From positions 53,734,215 to 53,798,214 of the forward strand of contig NC_068986.1 of the NCBI RefSeq assembly GCF_001194135.2: a DNA stretch of 64,000 nt. The letters run 5' to 3'. The stretch comes from Octopus bimaculoides (taxonomy: Eukaryota). Under the pieces are notes generated by a model. The model was not told the origin of the DNA. It was given only the letters and a program-made list of their open reading frames with translations, and did no database searches. This document shows positions 36,643-48,784 of the stretch, piece by piece; position 1 is the first letter of the stretch; each line of letters starts with the position of its first letter. The position numbers and the translations under genes are program-made.

Positions 36643-37861
36643 AGGATGCAGTGAATAAATTGAAAATAACACTGACATCTCATTTTATTTTAACAGATAT
36701 ATTTACAAAAATTGCATAAATTTACACAATAAAATCGCCATCGTCTTCAACCACAGCCTCCAGACGACTTTGGAATGTCCTGCAACTCTTCTGGGCGGTC
36801 TCCTTGTTTAAGCTGGTGAATGCTGTCATAATCCTTGCTTTCAGTTCATCTTCAGTGTTACAAGTTTTGCTGATCTCTTGCTCAACTGTGCCCTGCACAT
36901 AATAATCAAGGATGTTGCAGTCTGGGGCGTTAGGTGGCCAGATGTTAGGGGTGATGTGGTTTCAGAAATTGTCTGACAGCCATGACTGAGTTCTCCTGCT
37001 TGTGTGGCATGGTACAGAGTCCTGTTGCCAGACATAAGGCCTTCCAGCAGCTACCCTCTTGACCCAGGACAACATTACCTCCTCCAGGTACTTGATGTAC
37101 ACCTCTGTGTTGAGTCTGAGGCCATATGGGAAGATGAATGGAAGTATAATGTTGCCATCACTAGTGATCACTCCAAACACCCTGATATTGACTAGATATT
37201 TGATTTTTATCACTCTCGGTACATGTTTTGGGGACACAGGAAGCCAGTGGTTGTTCTGTGTGTTCACCATCTGACACTGGCAGAAATCTTTCTCGTCTGA
37301 GAAAAACCAAAGCATGTTCGGTTGGAGGGAATGCTTGAATTTGTTCAAAAGCTTCTTAGCTCAGTCTTTCCTCTTGTCCTTGATGGCTTGGGATAAAAAT
37401 TGGACTTTTCTCATTTTGTATGAGGAATACTGAATGTCTTCATGCACTGCCANNNNNNNNNNNNNNNNNNNNNNNNNNNNNNNNNNNNNNNNNNNNNNNN
37501 NNNNNNNNNNNNNNNNNNNNNNNNNNNNNNNNNNNNNNNNNNNNNNNNNNNNNNNNNNNNNNNNNNNNNNNNNNNNNNNNNNNNNNNNNNNNNNNNNNNN
37601 NNNNNNNNNNNNNNNNNNNNNNNNNNNNNNNNNNNNNNNNNNNNNNNNNNNNNNNNNNNNNNNNNNNNNNNNNNNNNNNNNNNNNNGTGCAGCATGTTGT
37701 TTCCAAATTTCTGGCAGCGTGAATTGCGTCATGGTGCTGTTTTTCTCACAGATGGTGCCCAACTGACCCTACTATACTGTGTAGTCGACAAAATCAAAAA
37801 CAAACAATGCACATTTGTGAAATTAAAAATACAAAATGGCAACAATTTACCCACCACACTC

Positions 37862-37865
<4 letters not shown>
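36640..37865 (-). mobile_element. Tc1/mariner superfamily, maT (DD37D) element, defective, spans an N-gap
   Basis: WFFSDEK...WQQDSVPCH...WPPNAPDCNILDYY with 37 residues between the 2nd and 3rd Asp (one is a TGA stop). Degenerate TIRs TACAGGATGCAGTGAATAAATTG and revcomp CACAGAGTGTGGTGGGTAAATTG (16/23 match). Confidence 0.88.
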
Positions 37866-37892
<27 letters not shown>

Positions 37893-39120
37893 TCTTTTAT
37901 TCTTTTATTTGTTTCAGTAATTTGACTGTGGCCATGCTGGAGTACCGCCTTTAGTTGAACAAATTGACCCTAGGACTTATTCTTTGTAAGCCTAGTACTT
38001 ATCCTATCAGTCTCTTTTGCTGATCCACTAAGTTACGAGGATGTAAACATCAGTTGTCAAGCGATGGTTGGGGGACAAACACAGGCACGTAAATATATAC
38101 AAACACACACACACACACAGATATATACTTAGCACGCCGGGCGAAATGCTTAGCGGTATTTCGTCTGCCGCTACGTTCTGAGTTCAAATTCCGCCGAGGT
38201 CGACTTTTCCTTTTATCCTTTCGGGGTCGATCAAATAAGTACCAGTTACGCACTGGCGTCGGTATAATCGACTTAATCCGTTTGTCTGTCCTTGTTTGTC
38301 CCCTCTGTATGTAGCCCCTTGTGGGTAGTAAAGAAATAACACACAGATATATACGAAAGGCTTATTTTAATACAATATTTATGTGTACAATTTCATAAAT
38401 GTTTGTCTGAGTAGAATTCTACCCATGCATGAAACATCAGACAAAAGTGAAACATTAGAAGCAAATTGAAATATTGTCTGAAAATGACCTCAAACTGAGG
38501 TTATTTTAGTTCTAAAAAAGATTTGAGTGAAAAGCAGTTTATATTGTAGGTAGATAATAAGCAACGGCTATGTTTCGTTATAACTTTCAAAGTTGTCAAC
38601 AAACTGTCATCTTAATCAGCTGTTTTGTTCGTTAATTTCCATAAAATTTTTTTACTTATTTACTTTTGTTTTAAATTGAAAAAGAGGAGAAAATGAAAAA
38701 TGTATGAATACACATTCGTGTACGTGGGGGGAGAGAAAGTGAGTCCCACTTATACATGAAAACACACACGTTCACTCACTTTAGATGTGTGTGGGTGTCA
38801 GTCATCACATGAATGTATGTATAGTGACAGGCACAAACACCATCATACACATATACTTGTCAGTCATTGTCCTAACATATGTAACAAACGCGCAAACACA
38901 CTCATATAGAAAATGTAACGTCATCATCGTCATTGTGATGGTAAAAGGTGTCGTTTATGATAGGTGATTAAAAAAAAAATGATAATGCTAAATTCTTGTA
39001 ATGCAAATACGTGAATGAAAATGTAGTTTAGTTGGTAGCCAAAAGCTTACCAAATCTTTTGATACCCCTTATGTCAAAATTGGCAACTAGGTTTTGGAAT
39101 GCATAAGGAACATACGCATA

Positions 39121-39151
<31 letters not shown>

Positions 39152-39249
39152 GCGCGCGCGCATGTTGCCATCCGGTTTCACCAGTCCTCAGTCAAATCGT
39201 CCAACCTATGCTAGCATGGAAAGCGGACGTTAAACGATGATGATGATGA

Positions 39250-39284
<35 letters not shown>

Positions 39285-40798
39285 TATATATATAGATATA
39301 GATTATCAACAGTATGGTAAATATATATATATATATATATATGTATGTAGTGAAACTACCTATCGTCTCTTCTACCTATCGCCATTAGATACAAAACTGC
39401 TATCGCCATTCTNNNNNNNNNNNNNNNNNNNNNNNNNNNNNNNNNNNNNNNNNNNNNNNNNNNNNNNNNNNNNNNNNNNNNNNNNNNNNNNNNNNNNNNN
39501 NNNNNNNNNNNNNNNNNNNNNNNNNNNNNNNNNNNNNNNNNNNNNNNNNNNNNNNNNNNNNNNNNNNNNNNNNNNNNNNNNNNNNNNNNNNNNNNNNNNN
39601 NNNNNNNNNNNNNNNNNNNNNNNNNNNNNNNNNNNNNNNNNNNNNNNNNNNNNNNNNNNNNNNNNNNNNNNNNNNNNNNNNNNNNNNNNNNNNNNNNNNN
39701 NNNNNNNNNNNNNNNNNNNNNNNNNNNNNNNNNNNNNNNNNNNNNNNNNNNNNNNNNNNNNNNNNNNNNNNNNNNNNNNNNNNNNNNNNNNNNNNNNNNN
39801 NNNNNNNNNNNNNNNNNNNNNNNNNNNNNNNNNNNNNNNNNNNNNNNNNNNNNNNNNNNNNNNNNNNNNNNNNNNNNNNNNNNNNNNNNNNNNNNNNNNN
39901 NNNNNNNNNNNNNNNNNNNNNNNNNNNNNNNNNNNNNNNNNNNNNNNNNNNNNNNNNNNNNNNNNNNNNNNNNNNNNNNNNNNNNNNNNNNNNNNNNNNN
40001 NNNNNNNNNNNNNNNNNNNNNNNNNNNNNNNNNNNNNNNNNNNNNNNNNNNNNNNNNNNNNNNNNNNNNNNNNNNNNNNNNNNNNNNNNNNNNNNNNNNN
40101 NNNNNNNNNNNNNNNNNNNNNNNNNNNNNNNNNNNNNNNNNNNNNNNNNNNNTATTGACTCTCTTTCCATCTGCTGTAATAACTCACACACATGTGTCAC
40201 TCACATACACACTTTTCTTTGTATGACGGCCTGTCTTTGATAATGTTCTTATATGTCGCATTCACACTCTCACACAGACATACATCTTTAACGCTACAAT
40301 AAATATCTCTGTTATTCATCTAATACGGTTGTGGTCTTTCATTACTGGTCATCTATGTTATCGTCGCATAACATATCATGTATATCATCATTTGATATAT
40401 TATTTTGTGTTCGACCGTGTGACACGTTTAAATAAAAGGAGTCATCTCGTTTCTTCCATTCGTCACCATTTCTCCTTTTTTGAGTTCACACGGTCGTTCC
40501 CTTACATATATATATATATATATATGAAATTATAAGGTAATTACATATGTAAATGTTACAGCCGATTAGTCATGAACTTTCCTTTCCAAACATTTGATTT
40601 CCAATTCAGTCTCATTGCATATCACTTTGAGCAAATGTGTTCTACTGTAACCTCAAGTTGACTAATGCTTTGAGAGTGAAATTTGGTTGACAGAAACTGT
40701 TTAATCAATTAAAATTTCTTGGTTTATTACATCTCAGTATTTCTTCCCAATCATTATTCTATGATAAATATATATCTTTTTGTTTTTATAATTTTCAG

Positions 40799-40879
40799 GT
40801 AAAAGATTTGACTACAGATCCTAGAATTGGTGAAATCAGATTGAAATACTGGCAGGATGTTGTTAACGAAATATATCAG
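40799..40879 (+). CDS. NDUFAF6: NDUFAF6 exon 3 (VKDLTTDPRIGEIRLKYWQDVVNEIYQ)
   Basis: 81 nt, AG/GT bounded, phase 0. Resembles [26 protein letters not shown]. Confidence 0.92.
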
Positions 40880-41873
40880 GTAAAATATATATGCTAAAAT
40901 TTTTAAGGTGGTTGTTGTTGCTGCTGCTAATGGTGGTACTAATTTTCTAGAAAATATTTTTTTTCATATTGATTTTAAGTTACAATTCTAAATATCATCT
41001 TTCATGGTAAGTAAATCCATTCTATATTTTATGCTAAGATAATTATGTGAATGCATATGAGTACATGGAAAAACAGATTAATCTGCTATCAGTTTCATCA
41101 ATGAAACTGATAGTCAACTGAATCGCCTGCATGGCTGAGTGAAGATGTGTAGCTTAGTGGTTAGGCTGTTGCACTCACAATCGCTAGATTGTGGGTTCGA
41201 TTCCCTGAATGGGCAGCATTTTGTGTTCTTGAGCAAAACACTTTATTTTAGGTTGCTCCAGTCCCCCTTTCAATCTGTGGGAAATGTTGGCCTGCTTGCC
41301 TAGCCAGTGGTGTGGCATCATTTGAAAGCTAAAACAGTACAAAAATCCATTGTGACCAGTGATGTGTAACATTTGATAGCCTGGTCAGTCACGTGATCAC
41401 AGCTGAGTATTCATAAATACATGTTCTTTAATGTAATCCTCAGGCAGACTTAGTATGACAGAGTATGTGACAAGGCTGACCATTTGAATTACAAGTAAAG
41501 TCTATTTGTGGTCTTAGACCTGGTTGCTGTTTTACCCAGTTTCACTCACAGTGTTTGGATCCACTGAAGGCAATTGTAAAAGACACATTTCCCAGGATAT
41601 CCCACATTGGGATTGAACCCAGGACTTCATGGTTGCAAAGCAAAGCTCTTTACAACTTGTCCATATCTCCACCCATATCATCATCATCATTTAACATCCA
41701 TTTTCCATGCTAGCATGGGTTGGACAGTTTGACCAGAGCTGACATGCTGGAGATCTGCACCAGGTTCCAGTCTAATTTGGCTTCGTTTCTGCAACTAGAT
41801 GCTCTTCCTGACGCCAGCCACTTAACAGAGTGTGCTGGGTACTTTTTATGTGGCATTAACATGGGTATTTTCA

Positions 41874-41962
41874 CATGGTGCCAGCATGGATCCTATTACG
41901 TGGTGCCAGCATGGATCCTATTACATGGTGCCAGCATGGATCCTATTACGTGGTGCCAGCAC
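41874..41962. repeat. 25-bp minisatellite, ~3.5 copies (CRTGGTGCCAGCATGGATCCTATTA)
   Basis: Read directly. A/G alternates at unit position 2. Lies inside an RTE 3' UTR copy. Confidence 0.9.
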
Positions 41963-42759
41963 CATTGCTTTTTACATGGCACCACACAGCACTCTTGCAG
42001 TCCTAAACACACATATATTGTGAGATCACAACTCCAGTACTGTGGACATGTGACTAGAATGCCACAGGAAAGAAATGCAAGATGGATTCTTCAAGCCAAA
42101 CTTTAGTTGGTCGTACTTGGGAATCCAGTCAGAAAGTCTGATGGTGGATGCTTCTAATAGGGACCCTGAGGACTCTACCCTCATGACTCTCCCAGGCATA
42201 ATGGGTGGAGAAGATGGATGGATGGATATATATCATCATTGTCATCATCATCATTTGATGTCCGTCGTCCATGCTGGCATTAGTTGGATAGTTTGACCAG
42301 AAGTGGGGAGCTGCACCAGACTCCCGTCTGATTTGGCATGGTTTCTATGGCTGATTGCCTTTCCTGATGCCAACCATTTTACAGAGTGTGTTGGTTGCTT
42401 TTACGTGGCACTGCACAGGCACTTTTATATGTCGCCACAAGGACGTTTTTACATGACACCACACGTGTACCGACACACACACACACACACACACACACAC
42501 CTCTAAAACTTACTATTGTTTATTTTGCTAAAATAATGAGGGCTGCATTTATTTATGTTCTAAGCTTTAATCCCACTATGGACACCTTTGATTTTCCTTC
42601 TTTGCTAGGAATGGGGGTTGTAAATTAAAGTACCATCCAAATACTAGAGGTTGGTTGATCTAATCAGCAATACAGCACTTTCATATCATTTGTAGCCTTA
42701 TGGCTATGTTAGAAGTCATTATACTAACATAAAAATTATTAAATATTTATTATTTACAG

Positions 42760-42801
42760 GGGAAATTGCCTCATTTACCTGTTGGACAGGAACTTGCAAG
42801 A
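42760..42801 (+). CDS. NDUFAF6: NDUFAF6 exon 4 (GKLPHLPVGQELAR)
   Basis: 42 nt, tttacag acceptor, AGA|GTAAGT donor. Resembles PPHQPVAIELWK. Confidence 0.88.
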
Positions 42802-43854
42802 GTAAGTAAATATATGATTTATTTTCATCATCGTCATCATCATCTTGTAATGATCTTCTTCCATGTTGGCATAGGTCAGACAGTTTGACAGGAACTGACA
42901 AGCCAGAGGACTGCACCAAGCACCACTGTCTGCTTTGGTATGGTTTTCATGGCTGGATACCCTTCCTAATGCCAACCATTTCACAGAGCAGACTAGATGC
43001 TTTTTACGCGGCTCCAGCACTGACAATGCCAGTGTCCTTGTGACTGCTCAACTTGCTAGAAATAGCAGCCAAATCTCTTTTAACTTTTTCTTTCCTGTAT
43101 TTCTGTTGAATTACATTGCCTCTGTTTCAATTAATTTTGAAAATAATGAAGGATTTAAGAAAATAACTTTGTTATTATTAAAATATTGTTTGGAACATAA
43201 ATTGATAAAGAATCAGGAGCTGTCTCAGGCAAGTTGGTATCATGAAGGTTAAATCACATATTACTATCTGTTAAAAAGCCTTTGATCAATGGTCTGCTAG
43301 ATCAGAGAGGGTCAACTGCTACACAACACAACAAGAATTTTGCCTCTCATGTAAAATATTGATTTTATACTTATTCAAAATAATCTCTATTTTATCCCAG
43401 CCAGATTTTCATTTGGAACTAAATCACATACCAAATTACAATTTGATGAACTAACTACCAAGCTTCTATGGGTAGTCACTCAATATATTAAAAATTACTA
43501 GTCAAATCTCCTTCAGTTCAAACCCTACAGAAGGATGCAGTGGATAATGAAATTCTGGAATGAAGGATAAATATATATATTTATGTTATTGTTGTTATTT
43601 AACTCGTTATCCTTGATTCAGCAGACTTATGACCAAAAATGTTCCATGCATAACCATTTGACTTTTTTTCTTCTATTTTGCATTGCATAATGAATCTAGG
43701 ACTACATTATACAATGTGTTCTGTCTTTTATCTAAGAGGCCAGGTGTGATGCGAGGGAGGTTTGTGTGTGTTTATTTGTACCTCTCTGTCTTGACACGGT
43801 ATGATAGTTGTAAATGATTGCCACTTTCATACAAGCAATGTCATTCATTGCCAA

Positions 43855-45096
43855 TCATCATCATCATCGTTTAACGTCCATCTTCTATGCATGCATGGGT
43901 AGGACAGTTAACAGGAGCTAGCCAGGTAGAAAAACTACCCTAGGCTACTGTGTCTGTTTTGGCAGGGTTTTTATGGCTGAATACTCTTCCTAACATCAAC
44001 CACTCTACAGAGTGGACTCAATGCTTTTTACATGGCATTAGCACAGGTGAGATTAGTTTTGGCATAATGTTTACAGATGAATGCCCTTCCAAATGCCAAC
44101 CACTTTACTGTGTGGACTGGATGCTTTTTACGTGGCATCTGCACTGGCAGAGTCACCAAGTAACTCACAAGACAAGAATGAGGGCGAAAGCAGGTGTGTT
44201 GCTGTAGAGGAGATACATGGCTACCCATCCAGAGGATGGGTAGCAAGAGAAGAAAGGTGATGCCAACAAGGTGCAAGTAGGTAGTGGGGATTGCATTGAC
44301 TGGCAAAAACCTGGGTAGAAAATGGGTGTGGGGTGAAAAACAGTGAATACAGCCAGTGAGCAGTGCAGTGAGGGCAGGAAAGGGGATTGGAAGACATCAT
44401 TGTTTATGAAGTGGAAATGTGAGGAAGAGAAAGATGCAGTTTAGAAGAGGAGATGTAGTTCGGTTTTTTGGGGTAGGGTGTGTGAAAAGTTTGTTGTTAT
44501 GCGTGTGTGGGATACAACTCTCCTAGCACTCAGTTTCACTGATATGGCTGTCTCTTTTCTAGAACCTCTTATTGCCAAACATCTCAATCCATTATCATTT
44601 CCTCCATGAGCCCTAACATCCCCAGATAGATCCTCACCACTTCACCCCATGTCTTCCTGGGTCTCCCTCTTCCACAGGCACTTGTGTATACAGCTATCTT
44701 CACTCATATGCATCACATGTCCAAATCAACGCATTCTCCTCTCCTGCATGCCACATTTAATCCCTCTTATGTCTAACTTTTCTCTTAACACAATCATGCT
44801 TTGTTGGTCATGCACACTGATGTTGCAAATCCAATGGAGCATACTACCTTCATTCCTCTCCAGTCTACGCATGTTCCCTGCAGTCAGAGCCCATGTTTCA
44901 CTACCATATACTATAGCACGCAAGCATCATACAATTTACCTTTCATTCTGAGAGAGAGTCCTTTTATTGCCAACAGAGGTAAAAACTCTCTGAACTTCCT
45001 CCATCCAATTCTTATTCTAGAAACAATACTTTCAGAGCATCTACCTCCATTACTTATTTGGTCCCCCAAATAGCAGAAACTATCTACTACCTCAAG
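43855..45096 (-). mobile_element. 5'-truncated RTE LINE: RT thumb/C-terminus, 3' UTR and (ATG)n tail
   Basis: LEVVDSFCYLGDQI...GWRKFREFLPLL...KGKLYDACV, YGSETWAL...RLERNE..ML.W. Continues into a UTR carrying the GTTAGGAAGGGCATCCAGC-like block and ends GGACGTTAAACGATGATGATG. Confidence 0.85.
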
Positions 45097-45658
45097 TAAA
45101 CATGTCTGGACATGGAGACATATTACTTGACTTAGAATCAGCAGGGTTGGTGACAGGAAGGGGATCTGGCTGTAGAAAATCAGCCTCAAGCATTGAAAAC
45201 TGAACATTAAAGTAAGGACAGTAAATTATTTATATTATTTAAATATAAAGGATCTGGTTTCTCTCTAACTCTCATATACAACTAAGGCAAACACTCTAAG
45301 GGGTTGTTATTTTTACCATTGACTAACCCGAGACCAACCCTTATCAAGCCAACGAGGAGCCTTCATATATTTTGACTTGTTAGAAATAGCAGCCAAATCC
45401 CATTTACTACCCTTAAAAACGAAAGAACACATACAATTTAGTTTTAGATACCTTCTTCATTGCTTTACATCTGATGTGTTGGCAAGGATTGGGCAAAACT
45501 TTTTGAGCTTAGAGAGACAGTTTTTTTACAACTGGAAGCTCTTGTCAATGCCAACCCTTTTAGCTGCCTGTCATTACATGCAATAATATACATATATCAT
45601 CATTATCATCGTTTAACGTCCGCTTTCCATGCTAGCATGGGTTGGACATGGGTTGGAC

Positions 45659-45689
<31 letters not shown>

Positions 45690-45690
<1 letters not shown>

Positions 45691-46930
45691 CTGTATATAT
45701 AAAACGCAGGATGTGTGTGTGCGTGAATGTAATTTATGCACGTCCACAAATTAGCACACATGTCGCTCCAATTTTAGAAGGACATTCATCATGACCCTAG
45801 CTGTATCTTCATCAACTTATTTTTCCCAAAGGCATCAGCAAATAGCAGTAAAAGTAAATTTTCAACCAAGACTTTTAACAATTTTCAAGTCAGAGAAATC
45901 ATCATTGTTTACAAACAAGAGTTAAGTCCCCTTCTAACAATGAGTAAGTTTTTGTTAAGACTTTTGTTGTTTTTTTTTTCCCATCGAGGAAAAAAGTGTT
46001 TTGTTGATATACAGGCAACACATACACACACGAACATGTATGTGTACAAAAATCATGTATGCAATAGGTGTACGTATGTATGTGTGTGTGTGTGTTGCCC
46101 ATATATATATTATATATATATATATATATACTTAAGATTTAGTTGTGATCTGAACATAACCACTTCTGATACAGAGAATCGGGAGCCCTTTTGGGCATTC
46201 TATTTTCCTTGCTGGAAGAGTTCCCAACCCATGGCCAAAGGGGGTTAGATGATGGGGGTGGTGTTTTCAAGGGGCTGGCATGTGCAACCTGATCACCTCT
46301 GCCAATCAAACTCCCAACCCATGTGCTCCCATCGCGACACTGATTCTGCAGAACTGGGTTGGGTGTGAAAACCAACTTTAAAGTATAAATATAGATGTTT
46401 TTGAATCAGCAATATTGTGTTCGATNNNNNNNNNNAGTATAAATATAGATGTTTTTGAATCAGCAATATTGTGTTCGATTAAGTCCTATTTGGGGTGAAA
46501 AATCAATAAACTAATTCCTTATGGGGTTTTCCATTTAATCAGGATAAAATAAAATTTGATAAACCAATTCCTTCTAGGATTTCCCAATAAAATTGGCTAC
46601 ACCCCATTTTCAACCATAACTTTTACCAATTTTGATGTATTTTGTTCAAACTTGATGCCAGCATTACTTAGGACTCATGGGATCTTTGAATGCTGTAAGT
46701 TCTCCAAAAACGGGGGGAGGAAAAAAAAATCAATGAGTGGAAAAAAATCGATAAACCGATTCCTTATGGGATTATCCAATCAAGTTGTCTGAAACTCATT
46801 TTCAGCCGAAAGTTTACCAATTTTAATGGATTTCGCTCAAATTTGACGTCGATGTTACTTAGTTTGGTTTGAAATAAAGAATTTGATTAGCTTAATAATC
46901 CTAACTTAATCCTGGGCAAAGCCAGGCTAT
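45690..46930 (+). mobile_element. Probable non-autonomous Helitron-type element with internal ~192-bp repeats
   Basis: Starts A|TCTGTATATATAAAAC followed by a (GT)n run. ACCAATTTT...AAA(C/T)TTG motifs. Subterminal hairpin CCTGG-GCAAAG-CCAGG near 46905-46925; terminal CTAG not intact. Confidence 0.45.
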
Positions 46931-46988
46931 AAAATACTTCTCCAACCTTACCATTGCTCTCTTTATCTTTTTATTTTTATATATTTAC

Positions 46989-47020
<32 letters not shown>

Positions 47021-47262
47021 ATACATCATAAAAAAATTAATGTTTGTAAATAAAAGTGTGTAGACATATCCAGAAGGTCTTTGATCATAGGACTATTGGA
47101 TCAAGGCTAACTTGCACTAAATAACAATATTTAAACAAACGAATAAAATATCTATCCTCCTACACTTGTACAACATTTAGCTGCATATTTTACTTTACTT
47201 TTTCCCTAATATAAAAGATAACAAATTTTCTAATTGTCTTTATCTTTCTTTAATTGTTTCAG

Positions 47263-47319
47263 GCTGTTCAAAAACACAATTTGTCCAAACACTGGCTACT
47301 ACGACTCATTGATGCACGG
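47263..47319 (+). CDS. NDUFAF6: NDUFAF6 exon 5 (AVQKHNLSKHWLLRLIDAR)
   Basis: 57 nt, AG/GT bounded. Resembles AVKRHNLTKRWLMKIVDER. Confidence 0.93.
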
Positions 47320-48232
47320 GTAATTGTTTTCATTCTTTTACTGGTTTTTAGTTTGTCTATTGTGATGAGGCTGGATCACTCTCTTCAAGGGTTTTAGTTG
47401 ATTATATTGATCTTCATCATTTTATGTCTGTCTTCCATGCTGGCGTGGGGTGGGCGGTTTGACAGGAGCAGGCAAGCTAGAGAAATGCACCAAACTCCAC
47501 TGTCTGCTTTGGCATGGTTTTTATGACGGGATGCCCTTCCTAATGCTAACCACTTTACAGAGTGAACATACACACAAACACAACAGGCTTCTTTATGTTT
47601 CCTTCTACCAAATCCACTAACAGGGCTTTGGTTGATCTGGGGCTGTAGTAGAAGACACTTGCCCAAGGTGCCAATCAGTGAGACTGATCCTGGAACTATG
47701 TGGTTGGAAGTAAACATTTTCCCATATAGCCACACCTGCACCTATCTTTGAAATAAGAAAAAAAATCTCAATAACTTCATAATTTAACAAAGAGATAAAT
47801 ATGAATATGCTATTTTGTATCACTGAAACAATTAACTAGCAACTCGAGCAAATAACTTATTTCAATCTCAATTTAATGAATGGTTAAGATTTTTTTCCTG
47901 ACAAAACACTATCAGCTAATTATTATTAAAATTGCTTGTAAAAATCACAAATTTAGATAATTTTATATCCTTTTGGGAAAGAGCCCTTCATTGGAGAGAG
48001 AAAGTATTCTCTCAGCAATAAATACCTTCACTTGAAATATCTGGATTCTTGTCTCCTCACAGCATACAAAATTTATCCAAATTTGTGATCCTTATTAAAT
48101 TATTTTTACTTATTCACACAAGCACAAATTTCTTTTGAGTCTGGCTTTTATTTAAAGATTGTTATTTAATGTAATATGTAGTTTTGAAAAGTTTGTCCTT
48201 TCATTTTTTTTATCATATTGTTTCCACTTCAG

Positions 48233-48335
48233 TTCACCAGTCTCAAAGAGAATCCATTTACAAGTATAAAGAATATGGAGGACTATGCTGAAAAAACTGC
48301 TTCTTCTATGCACTATTTGCTTTTGGAATGTTTGG
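48233..48335 (+). CDS. NDUFAF6: NDUFAF6 exon 6 (FTSLKENPFTSIKNMEDYAEKTASSMHYLLLECL-G)
   Basis: 103 nt, phase-1 donor G|GTGAGT. Contains the conserved ExYAExTxSS motif. Confidence 0.93.
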
Positions 48336-48784
48336 GTGAGTAATTGTTTGTTTATTTCTTGCATTCTCTCTGTTTCTCTCATACATAACTTGTGATTAAA
48401 TTATCACAACTAATAGAATTGTAGTGAATAAACATAAAGAAGAGTTAGCGTTTTGATTTTGTGGCCAATTTATTACATGTTAAAAAATCTCTAAGAAGAG
48501 CATAATCATTCTTTCAGCTCCCATTTCCTTTTTCTTAAATGATTAGTTTTCATACATGGCTGCAAATGAAAGACCCTAATATGGCATCCTCTTTAACACC
48601 ACCAGCTGGTTCTTAAATACTTTTAATAGAGTTCACTTTGTTGCAAGCATTCAGATCTGACCTCTTGTCCTCTCACTGTAGACATTGAGATTGTCTGCTT
48701 GGGCATTAGTTACATCAGTTTCTCTTGTCTAGGAGAACAGTCTGCAACGGTCATGTGCACAGATCCTCTTCTCCTGTGTAAAAT

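Larger units (their letters stand above)
8349..46435. other. Assembly gaps (N-runs) at 8349-8402, 23114-23492, 26758-26975, 35307-35758, 37453-37686, 39413-40152, 46426-46435
   Basis: Read directly; the gaps at 23114, 26758 and 35307 abut (TA)n tracts. Confidence 0.99.

Noticed and set aside
23076-40200. Long ORFs rich in X or IYIY/THTH/CVCV
   Set aside because: Generated by N-runs and microsatellites.
41874-41962. Regular 25-bp repeats suggestive of CRISPR
   Set aside because: No unique spacers, eukaryotic context and no cas genes; a minisatellite.
46382-46479. Exact 44-bp direct duplication
   Set aside because: Flanks a 10-N gap; same artefact pattern.
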